The translations under genes and the position numbers were made by a program. From Torpedo marmorata (lineage: Eukaryota), in assembly GCA_977017645.1 (NCBI GenBank), contig OZ360223.1, forward strand, positions 200,384,001-200,448,000: 64,000 nucleotides of DNA, read 5' to 3'. Position 1 is the first letter of the stretch. Every line of letters starts with the position of its first letter. Of this stretch, positions 49,580-60,930 are shown piece after piece. The notes under the pieces are model-generated. The model saw only the letters and a list, made by a program, of their open reading frames with translations. It was not told the DNA's origin and made no database searches.

Positions 49580-49989
49580 TCTGTAGTTAGTTATGACACT
49601 TTTTATAATGTTGTAAAGTTTTTTTGAGTTAATTAAAAAGTCTTCTTGGCTTTATCTGCTGGGAGAGGTGTATCGCCGCGTCTTCTCCCTACGCCATCAC
49701 GCCACGCCCCCTTTTGAGACATTTTTGAGGGTTTCAAGGGTCGACTTATATGCCGAAATATACGGTATGTACTTATGAATTAAATCATCTCTCATTCTCC
49801 TCCCAGCAACACATCAATGCTTCACTCACCTAACGAAACGGTCCTAGTAGAACTACTCGCTGTCAGCCAGATCGACTCTGCCTTTTACCTTTGCTGTATA
49901 ATTGCAGCTCAATCTGGCAGACCTAGTGTCAAATCAGTGTGATGAACTGGGAATGATACCTTGCCGGGTTGGTGCTGGACCCAGCCACA

Positions 49990-50388
49990 CTTTGTGATTG
50001 CCCTCACCCCTCTCCATGAGCGGCAGTGGGCCGCCGGGAGAGAGCGGGACAGCGGGCCGCCGGGACAGCGATATTATTATTAAAAAGATTTCTCCTGTTG
50101 TCCTACTTGCATGTTTTGTCCAAGTTTTAAATGCTTACCCATAAATACATTAAAATAATTACGGTACACATACACATCCTTACCCAAATTGGTCCCGGAA
50201 TGCCGGATTCGCCTTTTACACAGCCGGCATTCCGGGACTGTTACTTGGTCTGCTGCTGGAAAAAAGCCAGGACTGGAATGACCCCACCCCCACCCCCCGC
50301 CCCCATTGCGTCTCCGTGCTTTTTAGACAGCAGGCATTCCGTTAAAAAGGAGCAAATGTCCCTGAACGAAAGGGCTGTGTAAAAAGCA
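49990..50388. mobile_element. Probable Harbinger-like non-autonomous element end
   Basis: Repeats of CTTTTAcACAG...GGCATTCC (50211, 50318) and a terminal inverted GCTGTGTAAAAAGCA; a similar motif occurs at about 39158. Confidence 0.45.
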
Positions 50389-51059
50389 TAAAAGAGAAAC
50401 AAAGAGAGGATGAAGGAAATGAAAAACATTCACAAAAGCTAGACATACAATCTCCAAGTAAATAAGGAAGTTGAACAGCAAACATGTAACAATCATCTGC
50501 AATTTAATTTTGCTTTCAAGTTGAATCAATATTTTTTGTTGCAATGTAACTTTATCCAATTTTTTTCTTCCAGGTTACACAACAATTTGTAATCGAAATT
50601 TCAAAACACCAAGAATCAATCCATTTCACAGCCATGATTTAAATTTTACAGCCAAGGCTAGTTTTGGAATCACAAATATATGCAGCTCTATTCAACTAAA
50701 CATGGATCAGATTTGGGGTCATATTTGGGGGAAGAGGGAAGAGTTCTTTTTTTAAAAATTCAATCATGGACAGATGTTCTGTTAATTGTTAAAATCACAA
50801 CAACATTATCCTGTACAACATCTAGACACAAAATAATGTGAGGTGTACTCCATACCTATGCAAAAAGTAATGTACCACAACTTATAAAAATGCAATAAGT
50901 TGCCCAAACTGAAAAGTAACTCCACAACTAACATGTTGGGTCTTTTATTTCAAGGACCAGCTAATTAGTTTCCTTTTCTGGCATGTTCCAGCAAGGAGGA
51001 AGGATGGGGATGGCAAGGTAAGAGAACCACCTGGCTGTGCTCCTTCTGCCTTCATACAG

Positions 51060-53215
51060 ACAGTGCCTAGAGAGAGGCTCCGAAGGTCAGGACAGCTAGG
51101 AAGTGGTCGCAGGAGGCTGAAGAACGGTTACAGGACTTCCTCGAGTCAGTGGATTGGGCGGTGTTCAAGAACGCTGCTGAGAATCTGAACGAGTACACCG
51201 AGGCTGTCACACACTTTATCAAAACAGCTGTGGATGAGTGTGTCCCCACCAAATCATTCAGGGTGTTCCCCAACCAGAAGTCCTGGATGAACAGTGAAAT
51301 CCGGAACCTGCTGAGAGCCAGATCACAGGCATTTAAGTCCGGAGATCCAGATCAGTACAGCAGGAGCAGATATGAACTCCGGAAGGCTATCTCCCGGGCG
51401 AAGTGGAGATTCCGGATGAAAATGGAAACAATAAGGGACACCCAACAGCTGTGGCAGGGTCTGAATGTCATAACCTGTAACAAATCCAAATCTGGTAAAG
51501 TAGCTGACGGAAAAGCTTCTCTCCCAGAGGAACTCAACACCTTCTACGCCCGATTTGACGATAGTAACAGCGAAGAACCACCCCTCCGCACCCCCACGTC
51601 CCCGACGATCCCACCCTGTCGGTATCGGAGAGTGAATCCAAGGAAAGCATCCGGCCCGGATGGAGTACCTGACCGAGTATTAAAGATCTGTGCTGATCAA
51701 CTTACCAAGGTATTTACGGATATCTTCAATATCTCACTCCAGCAGGGCATGGTACCCACCTGTTTCAAACAGGCGTCAATCATACCGGTGCCCAAGAAGA
51801 GTGCAGTAACCTGCCTTAACGACTATCGACCAGTAGCACTTACATCAACAGTGATGAAGTGTTTTGAAAGACTGGCGATGAAGCATATCAGCTCCTGTCT
51901 GAGCGGTGACATGGATCCACTCCAGTTCGCCTACAGGTCTTCGGCGGATGCCATCTACACAAAGCCCTGGAACACCTGGACAGCAAAGATGCATACATCA
52001 GGATGCTCTTTATTGACTACAGTTTGGCATCCCCATCATCCCCTCAAAACTGATCAGCAAACTCCAAGACCTGGGAGTTAACACCCCACTGCGTAATTGA
52101 ATCATGGGTTTCCTCACCTCCAGACCACAATCAGTGAAGATTGGTAAGAACTTCTCCGCCACAATCTCCATCAGTACCAGAGCACCACAGGGCTGTGTTC
52201 TTAGCACCCTGCTCTACTCACTTTACACCTACGACTGTGTAGCTCGGTATGACAATAACACCATCTACAAATTTGCCGATGATACCACGGTAGTAGGTTG
52301 TATAAAGGAAGGGGATGAGTCAGCATACAAGATGGAGATTGAAAACCTGGCTGAATAGTGCTCCGAAAACAACCTTGAACTCAATGTCACCAAAACTAAG
52401 GAGCTGATTGTTGACTTCAGGAAAGGAAAGCCAGAGGTATACAATCCAGTGATCATTGGGGGATCAGAGGTGGAGAGGGTGAGCAAATTTAGGTTCTTGG
52501 GAGTAACTATCTCGGAGGATCTTTCCTGGACCCAACACACCAATGGCATCGTGAAGAAAGCACATCAGCGCCTCTACTTCCTCAGGAGCTTGCAGAGGTT
52601 TGGTATGACACCAGAAACCCTGGCAAATTTCTACAGATGTGTGGTGGAAAGTATGCTGACCGGCTGCATCACGATCTGGTATGGGAACACCAATACCCCT
52701 GAGTGTAAAGCCCTCCAAAAGGTAGTGGACACAGCCCAGGACATTACTGGCAAAACCGTCCCCACTATTGAGTACATCTACAGGGAACGCTGCCGTCGGA
52801 GGGCAGCAGTAATCATCTAAGACCCACACCACCCAGCGCACGCTCTGTTCTCGCTGCTGCCATCAGGAGGTAAAGGTGCCACAAGACTCGCACCACCAGG
52901 TTTAGGAACAGCTGCTACACCTCTACCATCAGAATCCTCAATGACAAAGTCAAATCAGAGACTCATTTCAGGACTCTTACACTTTATTGATTTTTCTTTG
53001 CTCTCTCTGTATTGCACAGTCAGTTTCATTTTCAGTTTCATTCGTTACCTGTTAGCAGTTCTTTTGATTGTTTACATGTTTACGCTGTGTACAGTTTACT
53101 TTTGCACAACCAATTAGTGGTAATTCTGCTGCACCCGCAGGAAAAAGAATCTCAGGGTTGTATGTGACGTCAAGTATGTACTCTGACAATAAATCTGAAA
53201 TCTGAATTCTGAATC
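51060..53215 (+). mobile_element. Rex1/Babar-clade LINE, 5'-truncated
   Basis: [73 protein letters not shown]; tail AATAAATCTGAAATCTGAA. Confidence 0.92.
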
Positions 53216-53229
53216 TGAGTGTGATCATG

Positions 53230-53880
53230 ATTTTTGTCAAAAAGAAAAAAATAAGCATTTCTGAGGTTTAGGATGCTAAAATTAGACAGGGCCCTGAAGA
53301 AATATGAAAACAAATGCAGGATAAAACTCAAGCAGGACATTAGAAAGGCTAAAAAGGTCGATGAAATGTTCTTGGCGAGCAGGATTAAAGAGAATCTCAA
53401 GGCATTTCAAACTAACATTAAAACAAGAGCATGACTAGGAAGAGGTTAGGAACACTCAAGGACAAAGAATGAAATTGATGCTCGAGTCAGGGGAAGTTGG
53501 CAAGGTACTAAATGAGTACTTTGCATCGGTGTTCACCAAGAAGAGTATGGAGGATCGTGATAGGGCGCCTAGTCTGGTGGATGCTAATGTGTTTCAGGCC
53601 TGAGCCCTTCATCAAGATATGAGCAAAAGAAAGGCTCATATGAGCAAAAGATATGAATAAAAAAAGAGGGAGAAGAAAAGGAGAGGAGGGAGGAAGGAGT
53701 AAGGCGAGAAACACAAGGTAGATACAGAAGAGAGGGTAGAAGAGAAAAAAAACTGAGAAGTGATGGGGGAAGGGGAAGGATTAAGCAGCAGAGTTTTAGA
53801 TTAATTTGGGCATCAAATTCGGTGCAGGCACGTGGGCCAAAGGGCCTGTTCCTGTGTTGTACTGTTAATTCAAAAACAAA
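53230..53880. mobile_element. Mosaic of CR1 fragments and a Penelope-type terminal fragment (about 53590-53775, minus)
   Basis: CR1-like AGGATTAAAGAGAATCTCAAGGCATT and GTACTAAATGAGTACTTTGCATCGGTGTTCACC; GTTTCAGGCCTGAGCCCTTCATCAAG hammerhead-like motif followed by a purine-rich tract. Confidence 0.6.
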
Positions 53881-54239
53881 TAAGCAAGATCTATACTGCT
53901 GTGCAGATGCTGTGACCCCAAGAGGCACTTCACTTGAATACATGTCAAACATGCTATGGACTGCGGGACAAATGCATGTTGAGTAAATAGCACACCACAC
54001 CCACAGAATACATCTTTTGTCAACACATACACACACACAATGGTTTGATTAAACACATAATAGTGTGCTGTTTTCTGCCATGGAGAAAATTGACAATTCT
54101 CCATTCACAAGTCGCAGGAAGGGTGGACAATGCTTTCAGCACAACAGACTTGTTTTTCCCTCCAGTTGTTCACAATTCAAATAAACATTTTTGGCTCGGG
54201 AATAAAAAGGATAAATTAAACTTCTTTTAAATCATACTA

Positions 54240-56191
54240 CAGTAAAACCCCTGGTATGCAGAATTCAAGCAACCAGCAGCCTCAAGCAACCGGCAAAAAA
54301 ATCTGGAAATTAGACATGACAGAGACAGATACACGCCAGCTATGGCAGGGAGTGCAGGCCATTACAGCCTACAAAGCGAGGGTGAACACTATAGACGGCT
54401 GTGATGCTTCACTACCCGATGAGCTGAACACCTATGCCCGCTTTGAGAAGAACAAAACAGTGCCTACTAGAATCCCTGAAAAGGCTGAGGACCCTGTGAT
54501 ATCTGTCTCTGAGGGCGACGTCAGAACATCATTCAAGAGGGTGAACCCTCGCAAGGCATCAGACCCTGACGGCGTACCTGGCAGGGTATTGAAAATCTGC
54601 GCCAACCAACTAGCCGGAGTGTTCACGGACATTTTCAACCTCTCATTGCGGCAGTCAGAGGTTCCCACTTGCTTCAAAAGGGCATCAATCATCCCGGTAC
54701 CCAAGAAGAGTAGTGTGGGCTGCCTCAACGACTACCGCCCAGTAGCACTAACTTCTACTGTGATGAAATGCTTTGAGAGGCTGGTCATGGCCAGAATTAA
54801 CACATACCTAAGCAAAGATCTGGACCCACTGCAATTCGCCTATCGCCACAATCGCTCCACAGCAGATGCAATATCACTGGCTCTCCACTCAGCTCTGGAT
54901 CACCTCGAAAACAGCAATTCATACATACGGCTGCTCTTCATCGACTACAGCTCGGCCTTCAATACCATTATTCCCTCAGTGCTGGTCAAGAAGCTACAAA
55001 CTCTAGGCCTCTGTACCCACCTCTGCAACTAGATCCTTGACTTTCTCATCGGAAGACCACAGTCAGTACGAATTGGAAACAACGTCTCCTCCTCACTGAT
55101 TATCAACACAGGCGCACCCCAAGGATGCGTGCTTAGTCCACTGCTCTACTCGTTATACACCCATGACTGTGTGGCCAGGCACAATTCCAATGCCATCTAC
55201 AAGTTTGCCGATGACACCACAGTTGTCGGCAGAATCACAAACGGCAATGAGGAAGCGTTCAGGAGGGAGATAGATCAGCTCGTTGAATGGTGTAATGGCA
55301 ACAACTTTGAGCTCAACGTCAGCAAAACCAAGGAGATGATTGTGGACTTCAGGAGGAAGTCAGGGGAACACGACCCAGTCCTCATCGAGGGCTCAGTCGT
55401 GGAGGGGGTCAAGAACTTCAAATTCCTGGGTGTCAACATCTCCGAGGATCTGTCCTGGAGCATCCACGTTGATGCAATCACAAAGAAGGCTCGTCAGCGG
55501 CTATACTTTGTGAGGTATCTGCGGAGATTCGGTATGTCACCAAAGACTCTCGTAAACTTCTACAGGTGTACCGTGGAGAGCATTCGGGCTGGTTGCATCA
55601 CTGCCTGGTATGGAGGCGCCAACTCCCAGGACAAGAGTAAACTCCAGAGGGTTGTTAACTCGGCCTGTGACATCACAGGCACCAAACTTCACTCCATCGA
55701 GGACATCTACATGAGGCGGTGTCTTAAAAAAGCAGCCTCTATCCTCAAAGACCCCCACCACCCAGGCCATGCCCTCTTCACTCTGCTTCCATCGGGAAAA
55801 AGGTACAGGAGCCTAAAGACGAGCACTCAACGGCACAAGGACAGATTCTTCCCCGCTGCCATCAGATTCCTGAATAATCAATGAACCAAAGACACTGCCT
55901 TACTTTTTGTGCACTATTGTTTATAATTTTTATAGTAATATCGTTAGATGGTTAATATGAATGTTAATTGCACTATGATGCTGCCGCAAAACACCGAATT
56001 TCATGACTTGTTCATGACAATAAATTCTGATTCTGATTCTGATTCTGATGACTGGTGAGCAGAAATCAGCAGATCATGAGGCAGCAGATAAGTTTTAGTT
56101 AGGCATTGTAAGAGCAAGTCTCAAGCAACTGGAAAATACACATCCGGTATCTACCAATCCCCATAGGTGCCAGATTCCAGGGATTTTACTG
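54240..56191. mobile_element. Tigger/pogo-type MITE split by a Rex1 LINE
   Basis: TIRs CAGTAAAACCCCTGG / CCAGGGATTTTACTG with TA flanks (54238-54239, 56192-56193); internal CTCAAGCAAC repeats on both sides of the LINE. Confidence 0.8.
54310..56049 (+). mobile_element. Young Rex1/Babar-clade LINE (5'-truncated RT region)
   Basis: ORFs 54256-55032 and 55129-55884 are in the same frame, separated by one TAG; [11 protein letters not shown] and [11 protein letters not shown] motifs; (TTCTGA)n tail at 56025-56049. Confidence 0.93.
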
Positions 56192-56524
56192 TAATTTGGA
56201 GGAATGCAGTTCACTCAGAGGACTGCAATAAAATAGAGTTAGACATCAATAAACGTGCCATAAGACTTATCAAGTTCCTTACAGATAACTGTGCTGCTGT
56301 ACACAAGGCAAAAATAAGATGATCGCAAGTCTAAAAAGTGAGTGAGCAAATAAGGTGGTAGAACAAAGGTAAGTCAGTGGATGTGATGAAGAAAATCTAA
56401 TCACGTTAATGACCATGGAGGAAGAAATCTAACAAAACAGGCAGTTTCCAAAGAATATAGGGTAGGGATGACAGAATTTTTTTTCCCCAGGGTAAAAATG
56501 TCAAATACTTGAGGACGTGCATTT

Positions 56525-58636
56525 GGAAGTCTTTTAAAGATCAGATTTTGAGAGTGCAAAAGATTTATGTTCCTGTTAGGTTAAAAGGAGGGGCAAAAGG
56601 TTTGAGGGAACCGTGGTTCTCGAGGAATATTGGAAACTTGGTTTGGAAAAAAAGGGAGGCGTATATTAAGTATAAGAAGCATGGAAATAAGGAGATGTTT
56701 GAAAAATACTTTGAATGCAAAAAGAATCTTAAGAGAGGAATTAGGATAGCAAAAAGAAGGTATGAAGAGACTATAGCAAGCAGGGTGAAGGTTAATCCAA
56801 AAGGTTTTTACAAATACGTTAATGGTAAGAGGAAAGCAAGGGACAAAATTGGTCCCTTAGAGAATCAGAACGGAAAACTGTGTGTGGAGCCTAGAGAAAT
56901 GGGGGAGATATTGAACAGTTTTTTTTTCTTCGGTATTCACCAAGGAGAAGGATATTGATATATGCGAGATAAACAAAGCTAATGGGGTAAATATGGAGAG
57001 TATAGGGATTACGAAAGATGTAGTGTTAGGGCTTTTGAGGAATATAAAGGTGGATAAGTCTCCAGGACCCGATGGGATCTTCCCCAGGACCTTGAGAGAA
57101 GTAAGAGAAGAAATAGCAGAGGCTCTGACGGCGATTTTCCAAATGTCATTAGAGACGGGGATAGTGCCGGAGGATTGGCGTATTGCGCATGTGGTTCCGT
57201 TATTTAAAAAGGGTTCAAGGAGGAAGCCTGGCAATTATCGGCCTGTAAGTTTGACGTCTGTGGTAGGTAAATTAATGGAGAAAGTTCTCAGAGATAGGAC
57301 TTATAAATATCTGGATAGGCAGGGTCTGATCGGGAACTCTCAACATGGATTTGTGAGCGGAAGGTCCTGTTTGACAAATCTGATTGAATTTTTTGAAGAG
57401 GTGACTAGGACTGTGGATGAGGGTAGTGCAGTGGATGTTGTCTATATGGACTTCAGTAAGGCCTTTGATAAGGTTCCGCATGGAAGGTTAGTGAGGAAGG
57501 TGCAGTCTTTAGGTATAGATTCTGAGATAGTCAAATGGATTGAACATTGGCTGGAGGGGAGAGGCCAGAGAGTGGTAGTGGATAATTGTTTGTCAGGTTG
57601 GAAGCCCGTGACAAGCGGTGTGCCTCAGGGATCTGTATTGGGCCCATTGTTGTTTGTTATATATATCAATGATCTAGATGATGGGGTGGTAAACTGGATT
57701 AGTAAATATGCAGATGATACCAAGATAGGTGGAATAGTGGATAATGAAGAAGGTTTTCAAGGATTGCAGAAGGATTTGGGCTGCTTAGAAAAGTGGGCTG
57801 AAAAATGGCAGATGGAGTTTAATGCTGATAAGTGTGAGGTGCTTCATTTTGGAAAGAAGAATCAGAACAGGACATATGTAGTAAATGGGAGAGCATTGAT
57901 GAATACAGAAGAGCAGAAAGATTTAGGAATAACGGTGCATCGTTCCCTGAAGGTGGAAACTCATGTGAATAGGGTGGTGAAGAAGGCTTTTAGTATGCTG
58001 GCCTTCATCAATCAATGCATAGAATATAGGAGTTGGGAAGTGATGTTGAGATTATATAAGGCTTTGGTGCGGCCTAATTTAGAGTTCTGTGTGCAGTTCT
58101 GGTCGCCAAATTATAGGAAGGATATCAACAAAGTGGAGAGAGTGCAGAGAAGGTTTACCAGAATGTTACCTGGGTTTAAGAATTTAGAGTACAAGGAGAG
58201 ATTGAGCAGATTAGGTCTTTATTCTTTGGAGCGTAGAAGGTTGAGAGGGGATTTGATAGAGGTATTTAAAATTATGAAAGGGATAGACAGAGTGGATGTG
58301 GATAGACTATTTCCATTAAGAATAGGAGAGATTGAAACAAGAGGACATGAGCTAAGAGTTAAGGGGCAGAGGTTTAGAGGTAACATGAGGGGGAACTTCT
58401 TTACTCAGAGAGTGGTAGCTGTGTGGAATGAGCTTCCGGGAGAAGTAGTGGCGGCAGAGTCAATTTTAGTATTTAAGAAAAAGTTGGACAAGTATATGGA
58501 TGAGAGGGAAGTGGAGGGTTATGGGCAAGGTGCAGGTAGGTGGGACTAGATAGGAATGTTTTGGTTCGGTGCGGACTGGAAGGGCCTAATGGCCTGTTTC
58601 CGTGCTGTAATTGTTATATGGTTATATGGTTATATG
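56525..58636 (+). mobile_element. Young CR1 LINE (5'-truncated) nested in the 3' end of an older CR1
   Basis: Open RT ORF 56993-58549; (TTATATGG)n tail; older degenerate CR1 3' sequence on both flanks (about 56400-56524 and 58637-58890). Confidence 0.93.
56993..58549 (+). CDS. CR1 ORF2 reverse-transcriptase portion (518 aa, no endonuclease domain)
   Basis: KSPGPDG, NYRPVSLTS, QHGF, DFSKAFDKVPH, GVPQGSVLGPLLF, YADD; frameshifted from the upstream ORF at a T run near 56920. Confidence 0.85.
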   Translation: MESIGITKDVVLGLLRNIKVDKSPGPDGIFPRTLREVREEIAEALTAIFQMSLETGIVPEDWRIAHVVPLFKKGSRRKPGNYRPVSLTSVVGKLMEKVLRDRTYKYLDRQGLIGNSQHGFVSGRSCLTNLIEFFEEVTRTVDEGSAVDVVYMDFSKAFDKVPHGRLVRKVQSLGIDSEIVKWIEHWLEGRGQRVVVDNCLSGWKPVTSGVPQGSVLGPLLFVIYINDLDDGVVNWISKYADDTKIGGIVDNEEGFQGLQKDLGCLEKWAEKWQMEFNADKCEVLHFGKKNQNRTYVVNGRALMNTEEQKDLGITVHRSLKVETHVNRVVKKAFSMLAFINQCIEYRSWEVMLRLYKALVRPNLEFCVQFWSPNYRKDINKVERVQRRFTRMLPGFKNLEYKERLSRLGLYSLERRRLRGDLIEVFKIMKGIDRVDVDRLFPLRIGEIETRGHELRVKGQRFRGNMRGNFFTQRVVAVWNELPGEVVAAESILVFKKKLDKYMDEREVEGYGQGAGRWD

Positions 58637-59029
58637 AGGTGGTGGCAGGGAAGATGAAAAGGAGAGGTGTGGGTCAAGTTTTTATGCAGAGAGTGGTAGG
58701 TGCATGGAACAGGCGACCAGTGGTAGTGGTGGAAGCAGATACTTGAGTATCGTTTAAGAGGCTTTTAGATGGACAGATGAATATGCAGGAAATAGAGGGA
58801 TATGTATCACATGCAAGCAGGAGAGATTTAGTTTAGCTCAGAATAATGGGTCGAAGGGCCTGTTCTTGTGCTGAACTGTTCTACATTCTAATGAATTTAC
58901 TTGAAAAGGTGACGTTAATCTTGTACAGCTTAGATCACAATTGAGAGTATGGTGAAGAGGTCAGCTCTTCAATTTATGGGAATTTGTCAGATGGAAAAAT
59001 AGTTCATAAAAACATGCCATCACTGCAAA

Positions 59030-59557
59030 AAGCTTCGCTCAGCACGTCCACTCCATTTGCAACAACAGCGACCTCTCAGTGGCCAACCATTTCAATTCTG
59101 AGTCACACTCCCACGCTCACATCCCACCCTGACCACCCGCAGATTGGAGGAACAACACCTTATTTTCCGTCTGGGCACTCTCCAGCCAGGTGGCATGAAC
59201 ATTGACTTTACTGCTTTCCACTAAATCTGCTAGCCTTTCCTTTCCCCTCCCCCTGTTCTGTCTTTCCAGTTCTTCCACCCACCCAGCCATCCCTCCTCCC
59301 CCTCATTACTGCTGTCCCCTCCCTCCTTTCTCCACCTATCATCTCCTGCATTTGCCACCCCTTTCCACCCTCCCCCCCACTCTTTTGTTCGGACGCCTGC
59401 CGGCATTTTCTCATACTTTGATGAAGGGCTTAAGCCCGAAACGTCGGTTATGTATTTCTACCTTTGCTACATAAAAGACACTGTTTGACCTGCTGAGTTT
59501 CTCCAGCATTTGTGTTTTTACTTCAACCACGGTGTCTACAGATTTTCGTGATTTACT
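59030..59557 (+). mobile_element. Penelope-like element 3' fragment with hammerhead-like motif
   Basis: Same family as 13245-13779 (GIY-YIG C-terminus remnant); 10-bp TSD TCACTGCAAA (59020-59029 / 59558-59567). Confidence 0.87.
59412..59452 (+). ncRNA. Minimal type I hammerhead ribozyme-like motif (C3U core variant) in a Penelope terminal repeat
   Basis: catact-TTGATGA-A-GGGCTTAAGCCC-GAAAC-GTC-ggttatg: core boxes, perfect stem II, palindromic ACGT in place of stem III, GUC triplet and a plausible bulged stem I. Activity not shown. Confidence 0.55.
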
Positions 59558-60189
59558 TCACTGCAAAGAAATACTATCAGCAAACATTCAATAAACTCAA
59601 AACATGCACTGTTTTGCCAAGAAAATTTTCAATAGAATTATGAAAAGATTTGATAGGATTCCTGTGCAGAAGATGCCTCCATGTGGAATTAGGACCAAAG
59701 TTTCAAATTTTCAGTAAAAATCTAATGTGGAACAGAGGCAACATTTTTGTAACCTAAAGAACAATTAGAATATTGAGCCTTTTTTTATTCTGTTACATTT
59801 GGATGGCTCTGGTAAAGGTAGCCTTTGTTGCCCATCACCAAATGACATCAAGGTAATCATGAGCCACCTTCACAAACCACTGCCATCTGTGCATTGAAGA
59901 ATGTTACTCACATGATCCAAAGTGATGAGGAGCTCCATTGTCCTATCACAGCAATTTGTACACAGTTTCGTCTGCAACTTGAAAAACAATGAAATTCCCA
60001 CGTATCTGCTGTCGTCATCCATCCAGATGATAAAGATGGTGAGTTTGAAGATGTTATCAAAGATCGTTTACACAGTTACTTCAATGTATCTTGTACATTA
60101 GAGGCATTTTGGAGTCAGTGAGCTGGAGATGATGGTGAATAATTAAGCTTGTGGATTGGTGTCAGTAAAACTGGTTCTTTTATCATAAT

Positions 60190-60930
60190 AAGAGCAAGAA
60201 ATAGGGGAAACAGTCCGTAGATCAGGTGCATCTGTCGAAAGAGAAACAGTTAAAGTTTCAGATCTGGACTCATCAGAAATGGGAAAGAGAACAAGTTCAT
60301 GAGGCAGCAAAGAAGATGAGGGTGGGGAGCAGAATGGAAATAGGCAAATAGGACTGAAACAAAGACAGGTGCAGCTTGGCCCCATGCAAGTGCCCAATGC
60401 TGCACCTTTAATCTGGAGAAAATGAATGGAGTTGAAGAAATTTTTCAATGCGAGGATAAATTCAGCCACGTGTGTGAGAAGAGGGAAACTGGCCCGGTTT
60501 CTGTTGAAGGAAAAAGCAGAGGGCCCTCAGACACTCCTCAAGTGTGATGGAGGTAAAGAAGGATTGTATATCCAAGGTGAAGATGGACAGGTTCGAACCA
60601 AGGTACAAAAAAACTACTGAATTACTAAGGGCAGCCAGTGTCACAGATGCAAGTGGGATGGGACTAGAGAAATTGTCAAGCTAGGAAGAAAAATGCAGTG
60701 GGGTAAGTGCAGGCTGAAACAAGCCTACCCCGTCAGTCCTACTTGTAGATCTTGGGCAGAAAACAGAAGCAGGTTGTGTGAGACTTCAACTCAACAAGAT
60801 TGGAAGCTGTGAAGGGAAGATGTCCCACAGAAACAAGGTCCATGAATGTGAGAGGCAATGACATGATGTTCAATAGTGGGATCATGATCCAAATGGAAGT
60901 ACAAGGGTGTGTCAGAGGCTGTTTTCTCAA
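60190..60930 (-). mobile_element. Old Penelope-like element: RT remnants plus terminal repeat
   Basis: Peptides FCFLPKIYK, IFTLDIQSFFTSI and FLQIKGAALGTCMGPS (PLE RT motifs); CTGATGAGTCCAGATCTGAAAC at 60276-60255 (minus). Confidence 0.7.

Larger units (their letters stand above)
42042..49711 (-). mobile_element. Full-length L1-clade LINE (5' UTR, ORF1, ORF2, 3' UTR, poly-A), interrupted by a same-family L1
   Basis: 5' end GGGGGCGTGGCGTGATGGCG at 49711; ORF1; APE (SINVNGLNN, GGDFN, SRIDLF, SDHSPL); RT (DAEKAFD, RQGCP, FADD); CFRC/HCTWSC knuckle; TSD of about 15 bp TTTTGAGACATTTTT (42027-42041 / 49712-49726). Confidence 0.95.
40099..49765 (+). mobile_element. pogo-superfamily (POGK-like) DNA transposon, about 2 kb once the nested L1s are removed
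   Basis: TIRs CCGTATATTTCGGCGTATAAGTCGACCC / GGGTCGACTTATATGCCGAAATATACGG with TA TSD (40097-40098, 49766-49767); contains a transposase pseudogene and an L1 insertion. Confidence 0.93.
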
